A model generated the notes under the pieces. The model saw nothing but the letters and a program-made list of their open reading frames with translations, was not told where the DNA came from and did no database searches. A DNA stretch of 64,000 bases from Eledone cirrhosa. Its lineage: Eukaryota. Positions 56,262 through 64,000 of this stretch are shown piece after piece. The translations under genes and the position numbers were made by a program. The stretch lies in NCBI GenBank assembly GCA_964016885.1, contig OZ024743.1, forward strand, positions 37,944,001 to 38,008,000. The letters are read 5' to 3'. How positions within the stretch are numbered: the stretch's first letter is position 1; each line of letters starts with the position of its first letter.

Positions 56262-56319
56262 GTACGTGGGAAAGTAAAAAATCGGAGAATAGACCGTTAA
56301 AACATGTTTATTTAAAACA

Positions 56320-56358
56320 GCACCTACGTACGTTTCACCCAGTTGGGCTTCTCAAGGG
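56320..56358 (-). ncRNA. Minimal hammerhead, U3-A8 variant (inverted pLTR)
   Basis: ccc UUGAGAA GCCCA ac UGGGU GAAAC GUAC GUA ggugc. Confidence 0.7.
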
Positions 56359-56774
56359 AATAAATAATCACAAGTGTTCCTTATATTGCTCGGAAAGAGT
56401 TTTGGGGGTTAAATCCACATCAAGGTTCATTGCTCGCAAAATATCTTGTTTTGATTTTGCAGCAGGTCAAGGGAGGTAACTCTGGCCGGTGTTAGGGCAG
56501 TCTTTCCCGGCCAATTTTTTTTTTTTTTTTTGCCGCATCCGTTTGTCTGTGGCTGGGTCTGGTATGCAAGGATTGTTTCCTGGGTGTTATTTTGCAGCGC
56601 CTGCCCGCCGGGGTGTTAAGCCTTGTTGGAGGGGGATCCAGTGTACTGTTTCACTCTTCATCCTTAACCCATCTGAAGAAGGATATTTTTAAGCGATGTG
56701 TACAACTCATCGCTGTTTCAGCTCTGCTGTTGATGAGCTCGTGGGGTGCAGTTATGATGTGGTAGAGCTCCATG

Positions 56775-58849
56775 TGGTAGAGCTTAATAGAAAGGCTAAT
56801 GTCTGCCTCTGGGGCAACACCGACCAGGTTATAAATTGGTTCATCGAGTTGCCGGATAAAGCCACCCTGAAATTCATCCAGTTTGATATAGATAGTTACT
56901 ACGCCTCTATCTCCCCCATACTCTTAAATAAGGCACTTATCTTAACTAGATTTAACACTAGCCTCACTAAAATAGAAATAGACATAATTCTAGCGGCACG
57001 TAGAACCATTATCCAGTTCGAAGGCTCCCAATGGACCAGAACCAACCGTCCTGATAACTTCGATGTCACGATGGGGTAAAGTGACTCAGCCCAAGCAACT
57101 GACCTGGTCGGGATATACCTCCTACATAACCTTAGGGAAGAAATACCGGCCCTACAAGGAGGTGTATATAGGGACGATGCCCTGTTTACCGTTAGGAACC
57201 ATAGCCCGCGTAGGATAGAAAACCTTAACAAACATATACACAGGTTCTTTAATTCATACGGCCTATCCGTAACTATGGACCTCAACCACAAGGTTTTCAA
57301 CTTCCCGGACGTGACCCTGGAGTTGAGTACGGGCTGATACAAGCCATACCGTAAACCTGGAGAGTGCCTCTCTTATATTAATTATGCCTCCAACCACCCT
57401 AAGCAGACTCTCAACTCCATAGTCTATAGTATCTCACATAGAATCTCGAGGCTATCCGCCAATGAGGATATCTTCAACCAAGCGGCAGATTACTACAATA
57501 GGGCCCTGATAAGCGCCGGCTTTAACCGAGGAATTTTCTACATCCCTAACGCTAGCTCTAGAAACCATCCCCCTCATAAAACTAACGTTATAGTAAGTCA
57601 TACCTATAACCGATCACGCGGAGACCTCGTTGAAGTCGGATATAATAGAATAGATAACCGCACCAAAGATCACGTCCCCGGCGACGGTGAACACTGTAGA
57701 TTACTCAAACTATTCCCCTATTACAAAACCAACAAAGGCAACGGCCTACTACCAACGCCATCCAACCAACATCTTCGTGTACATAAACATGGAAGAGAGA
57801 GAAAGAGTGCACCCGAGCATGAAGTGAAAGGGGCAACGAACGGGCGACTGCGCATTAACACACATAAGAGCGATCACTTAGATGGAACCACCCGTAGCAA
57901 AAGTACAAGGACACGTAATCGCCACCGTAACGTCCTATGGTTCCGCCCCCACTACTCTCGGAGTGTGGCCTCCAACATACCCCGGATGTTCTTCGAAGCC
58001 TTAGAGAAGAACTTCCCGCCCAACCATAGGTATAGAATAATTCTTAATAGGAACAATATAAAAATATCATTCTCTACTACTCCTAACCTAGCAGACATCA
58101 TAGGAACAACGAACCACAGTAAGATCACCAAGACACAGTACCTCGACACAGACGCACCTACACCTGACAATAACTATATCGGCCTTAACAACTCCCTGGC
58201 AGCATCCAATAGTGTTGGCAACGGCATCCGCAGACGCAACCAGAATAACCGCGAAATGACTGGGGAACATGCAGAACATGGCGTGCGGAATAACAATCGC
58301 ACCACCCCGCGTGCTGTGGGTTGTAATTGTGCTAACGACAGCTGCGGTAGCGTAGATAACAACGTAGGCAGCAACAATTATAGCCTTACCGTGGGAAATA
58401 GACGGAACCGCGACAGAAATTGCAACTGCCGCGACAGAGGACGCTGCCCCCTTAGAGGATACTGCTTGACTGATAGGGTTATATATAGATGCACTATTAT
58501 TAGCCACAATAGCGTTAAACATTATATAGGGGCTACCTCCGGCCCGTTCAAAATTAGGTTTCGAACACATCTCCACTCTTTCACAAATAGAAAACTAAGG
58601 CACTCCACTTCGCTCGCGGACTACATCACATCACTAAAGGACTTAAACATCAGCTGCTCCACGCACTGGGAGATTGTCGGCAGGGCTGCACCGTACAACT
58701 TCAAGAGGAAATGCGATCTTTGCCTCATGGAGCTCTACCACATCATAACTGCACCCCACGAGCTCATCAACAGCAGAGCTGAAACAGCGATGAGTTGTAC
58801 ACATCGCTTAAAAATATCCTTCTTCAGATGGGTTAAGGATGAAGAGTGA
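56775..58849 (+). pseudogene. PLE RT and GIY-YIG ORF with in-frame stops
   Basis: FIQFDIDSYYASI, FDVTMG*, GGVYRDDAL, SNHP, VLWFRPHYS, CNC..CPL..CL..VIYRC..YIGAT..FK.RF..H, CDLCLME, SCTH. Confidence 0.9.
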
Positions 58850-59140
58850 AACAGTACACTGGATCCCCCTGCAACAAGTCTTAACACCCCGGCGGGCAGG
58901 CGCTGCAAAATAACACCCAGGAAACAATCCTTGCATACCAGACCCAGCCTCAGACAAATGGATGCGGCAAAAAAAAAAAAAAAAAATGTCCGGAAAGACT
59001 GCCTTAACACCGGTCAGAGTTACCTCCCTTGACCTGCTGCAAAATCAAAACAATATATTTTTGCGAGCAATGAACCTTGATGTGGATTTAACCCCAAAAA
59101 CTTTTTCCGAGCAATATAAGAAACACTTGTGATTAATTAT

Positions 59141-59180
59141 GCCCTTGAGAAGCCCAACTGGGCGAAACGTACGTAGGTGC
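59141..59180 (+). ncRNA. Minimal hammerhead, U3-A8 variant
   Basis: gccc UUGAGAA GCCCA ac UGGGC GAAAC GUAC GUA gg(u)gc. Confidence 0.75.
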
Positions 59181-59448
59181 TGTTTTAAATAAACATGTTT
59201 TAACGGTCTATTCTCCGATTTTCTACTTTCCCACGTGCTTACGCTCTGCTAAATCTCTAGCCCACTAAATATTAACACTTCGAATATTTAATACTGCCGG
59301 CACTAGTATCGAGCACCTTTGGCATACGCTACTTGGCAAATAACTATATGTATCACCTATCCCCCTTTTTTTCTCTTTCTCGATACGTAAATACTATATA
59401 CATATATGTATATATATATATATATGTATATGTATATATATATATATG

Positions 59449-59610
<162 letters not shown>

Positions 59611-59655
59611 GAGAGTAAAACAAAGAATCCTTTAATACATCAAAAGTTTTTATTA

Positions 59656-59693
59656 GCCGACAATGTTTCGTCCTATTAAGGACTCATCAGGGC
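59656..59693 (-). ncRNA. Minimal hammerhead ribozyme
   Basis: gcc CUGAUGA GUCC uuaaua GGAC GAAAC auu GUC ggc. Confidence 0.9.
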
Positions 59694-60049
59694 AAACAAA
59701 ACAACAAGAGGTAATATCGGCAGATAAAAGCCAGAAACTCTGAAGAATATGGAGTGTACATACACTAATGTCTTACAAAGATATACGATAATAAAAATGA
59801 AGATAAAGATAAAAATAATAAAAATATATAATAAGAATAACTAAGGATGTAGATAACATTAAGAACCATATTACAAATATAGTCCAAAGCAACCAACCTA
59901 AATCTAAACAAATTTGGTTATATAGAGCAGGAATTATATATAACACAATATAATACATTATAATAATAATATACTTTTACCAACATTAACATTCCAAATT
60001 AACAATCAAAAGGTACAATATATACATGTATATATGTGCGCATTTGATA

Positions 60050-60881
60050 GAGGTAGGGTCGATAAGAATAAAAATAAAAATAAAAATAGAAGGCGATTAA
60101 ATACTTATTTCAACCCGCCATATAATCAGGATGTATCAACTAACATCCCTAGGTCTTTCTTCACTATCTTAGAGAAAAATTTCCCCCTTCTCACAAATAC
60201 CATGGTATTTTTAATAAAAATGTTATTAAACTCTCATTCTCTACCACCCCTAATATTAGTTCTCATTTAGCTAGCACTAATAATAGGAAAATTAGGGATG
60301 GATTCTCCTCTCTACATACTACTAGTCTGAATGCATCGGACAATGCTCTACCACCAGAAGAGTCCTTATCTAATAGAGGTCCTACGTGTAATACATCACC
60401 ACTCGAGCAAACCAGTAACACCCGGAAGTGCAATTGTAGAGTGAGTGCTAACTGCCCTCTAAACGGTAACTGCCTTTCTAAGAACATTGTCTACGCTTGC
60501 GAGGTTATAACTAATTCCTCTAAAAGAACGTATATAGGATCTACTTCCAACACTTTTAAGACTAGGTTTAACTCTCATATCTCTAATTTCAAACATGTTA
60601 GGTTTAAGAATTCTACCTCTCTAGCGCATTATATCTGGGATCTTAAGTGAGCTTATATACCATATAGCCTTAACTGGAGTTTAGTAGCACGATCTAACCA
60701 CCTTTCTGCACATAGTAAGTTTTGTAATCTCTGTATACTTGAGACACACTCTATTATTTTCTCTAGCGTACCCTTACTGAATAGAAAGTCTGAGATATTC
60801 TCTTCTTGCCCCCATGCCATTTCTAATTCTTATTTTTATTATAAACCCAAATGTTCTAGTAGTACAAATTGTACCCATTAG
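60050..60881 (+). pseudogene. PLE thumb and GIY-YIG fragment (frameshift and TGA)
   Basis: YFNPPYNQDVSTNI, CNC..CPLNGNCLSKNIVY..YIGST, CNLCILE, SCPH. Confidence 0.85.
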
Positions 60882-62775
60882 CAGATATATTCCATTACTT
60901 AGTTTTTTGTTTGGGTTCTTTTGTTTGCCAACATTAATGTTATCATTGGTTTTTGATGACTCTTCTTTCTAGCTCTCATAATCATTTGGCCACTGTACCA
61001 TATCTATGTCTTCACTAGATTACACACTTTACGCCACTTACGTTATTCTATTATTATCTTTATAGTTTTTTAATTATTATTAACTTTAATTTTAATTTTA
61101 ATTTTATTTTTATTTTTAATTCTATTTTTATTTCTAAGTCTATTCTGATTTATCTATCGACAACCCCCCCCCCCCCCCTTTCTCCCCCCCCCCTCCCCCC
61201 TCCCCCCATGCACACATAAACTTATTGTCAACCCCTCCAGATTGAATATGATTATATTTAACCCCTCCTCTTTTATGCTCCGTTCTATTATTTATTATAG
61301 TATATCGAATATATTTTATGCCACTTCGCACCCTCCATATATTTTGTCAATTCTGTCCCTATTGGCCTACCTTAACTCTACTTAAGTCAGTTTTTTAGAT
61401 ATCGTTGCGTATATGATAGTATAATTTTATTCCTTTTTGTAAACATTTGTAACGATACATTAAAGTTTATATATTTTAATGACTTAAACTACAGCTAATA
61501 TTATACTACCTTATTGGACGGGTTCGATATTTTTAATATTAATTTATCAAATAGGGTTTGGAGTCATTTAAAATGATTGCTTTCCTTGGTGTTTACCTAA
61601 TTTCTTAAATGCACGCGAGGCCTAAATGTGTATACATTTGCTTTTGTTTTGTAATTTCCGGTTGATTGTATTTATTTGTTTTATTCTATATTCTATTTAC
61701 TACTCACTGTCTGGCTTCGCTCACTCATCCACATATGTCTGTCTACTAACCTTGTAATTATAAGTATTTATATATTTTATGCCAATTTTAAAATATATTA
61801 TATTATATTGTATGTTATATATATCCTTATTACTTACTGTTCATTATATGTAACATTATGATATTTAAACTTTATATATCATGTAAGATGTCTGGATTTT
61901 TTAATCTTATAATATGTAACATTATGATATTTAGACTTTACATATCATGTTGGATGTCTGTATATTTTTTTCTGTAACATCATATTTTTTTCTGTAACAT
62001 CATAATTTTTCCCTGTACCATTATAGTTTTTTTGAGTATTATATGATTTATATTTCCTCATTTACTCTGTAACCCAGTATGAATCAATTTGTATATATTG
62101 TTTATGGTACATGTTAATATACTGTTAACATTTTATCATTGTATTTCATTGTGACATCTATATTGTTTCTGTAAATTAACCGGGGATTATCTATTCTATT
62201 TTATTATATTATATTGAATTATATAATTTTGTTGTTTATTATTTGTTATATGTGTTTCTTGTAATTATATCATATTATTGCCTCATGTATATTGGGTAGA
62301 TGTATTAGTATTATTTTCACTATTACCATGCTTATTTTTAATATTCAAAATTCTAATAGGGCTTAATTTCTGTGTAGTCGAACATAGATATGTGTGTTGT
62401 TATATGTGTGTGTGTGTGTGTGTGCGTGCGCACATATATACATGTATATATTGTACCTTTTGATTGTTAATTTGGAATGTTAATGTTGGTAAAAGTATAT
62501 TATTATTATAATGTATTATATTGTGTTATATATAATTCCTGCTCTATATAACCAAATTTGTTTAGATTTAGGTTGGTTGCTTTGGACTATATTTGTAATA
62601 TGGTTCTTAATGTTATCTACATCCTTAGTTATTCTTATTATATATTTTTATTATTTTTATCTTTATCTTCATTTTTATTATCGTATATCTTTGTAAGACA
62701 TTAGTGTATGTACACTCCATATTCTTCAGAGTTTCTGGCTTGTATCTGCCGATATTACCTCTTGTTGTTTTGATT

Positions 62776-62813
62776 GCCCTGATGAGTCCTTAATAGGACG
62801 AAACATTGTCGGC
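62776..62813 (+). ncRNA. Minimal hammerhead ribozyme
   Basis: gcc CUGAUGA GUCC uuaaua GGAC GAAAC auu GUC ggc. Confidence 0.9.
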
Positions 62814-62960
62814 TAATAAAAACTTTTGATGTATTAAAGGATTCTTTGTTTTACTCTCTTAATTTTTTGGCTCTGTTTAACTGCATTGAACTATACTTTT
62901 TACTGTCATTTCTATAATACGAAGAGGGTGTTTGACTCAAACACGCTCCAGTATTCTAAT

Positions 62961-64000
<1,040 letters not shown>

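Larger units (their letters stand above)
56264..59395 (+). mobile_element. 5'-truncated Naiad-like PLE (family C) with inverted pLTR (56264-56774 vs 58726-59236) and 3' tail
   Basis: About 510-bp inverted repeat; RT-EN between the arms; (TA)n flanks. Confidence 0.92.

Noticed and set aside
57330-57340. In-frame TGA in the Naiad ORF (also 60648) as possible selenocysteine, which is reported in some Naiads
   Set aside because: Not at Cys positions (the homologue at 19810 has GGG), the same ORFs carry TAA stops or frameshifts, and no SECIS was recognised

Overview
AT-rich animal genomic DNA that is almost entirely repeats, with no host exon I can support. The tRNA-derived SINE family resembles, from memory, the abundant octopod SINE, so the source is probably an octopus-like cephalopod. 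Contents: long (TA)n microsatellites; more than 12 SINE copies, several with TSDs; a full-length L1/Tx1-type LINE with a 20-bp TSD (33031-38856); an R4/Dong-like relic; an RTE-derived short element; a non-autonomous Helitron whose empty site is visible in an adjacent inverted arm; and a dense cluster of Penelope-like elements (PLEs: three Naiad-like families and one Penelope/Poseidon-like copy). The main result is about 20 type I hammerhead ribozyme (HHR) motifs from roughly 10 sequence families, folded by eye. They include minimal dimer-type motifs, U3-A8 core variants and motifs with large or branched stem II inserts. Two ORF-less partial tandem units of about 500-600 nt carry HHRs and look like retrozymes (5093-5992 and 55148-56168). 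Several fold-back inversions are centred on AC...GU(H) palindromes that match HHR stem III. The many YI/HT/ER-repeat ORFs are microsatellite artefacts.
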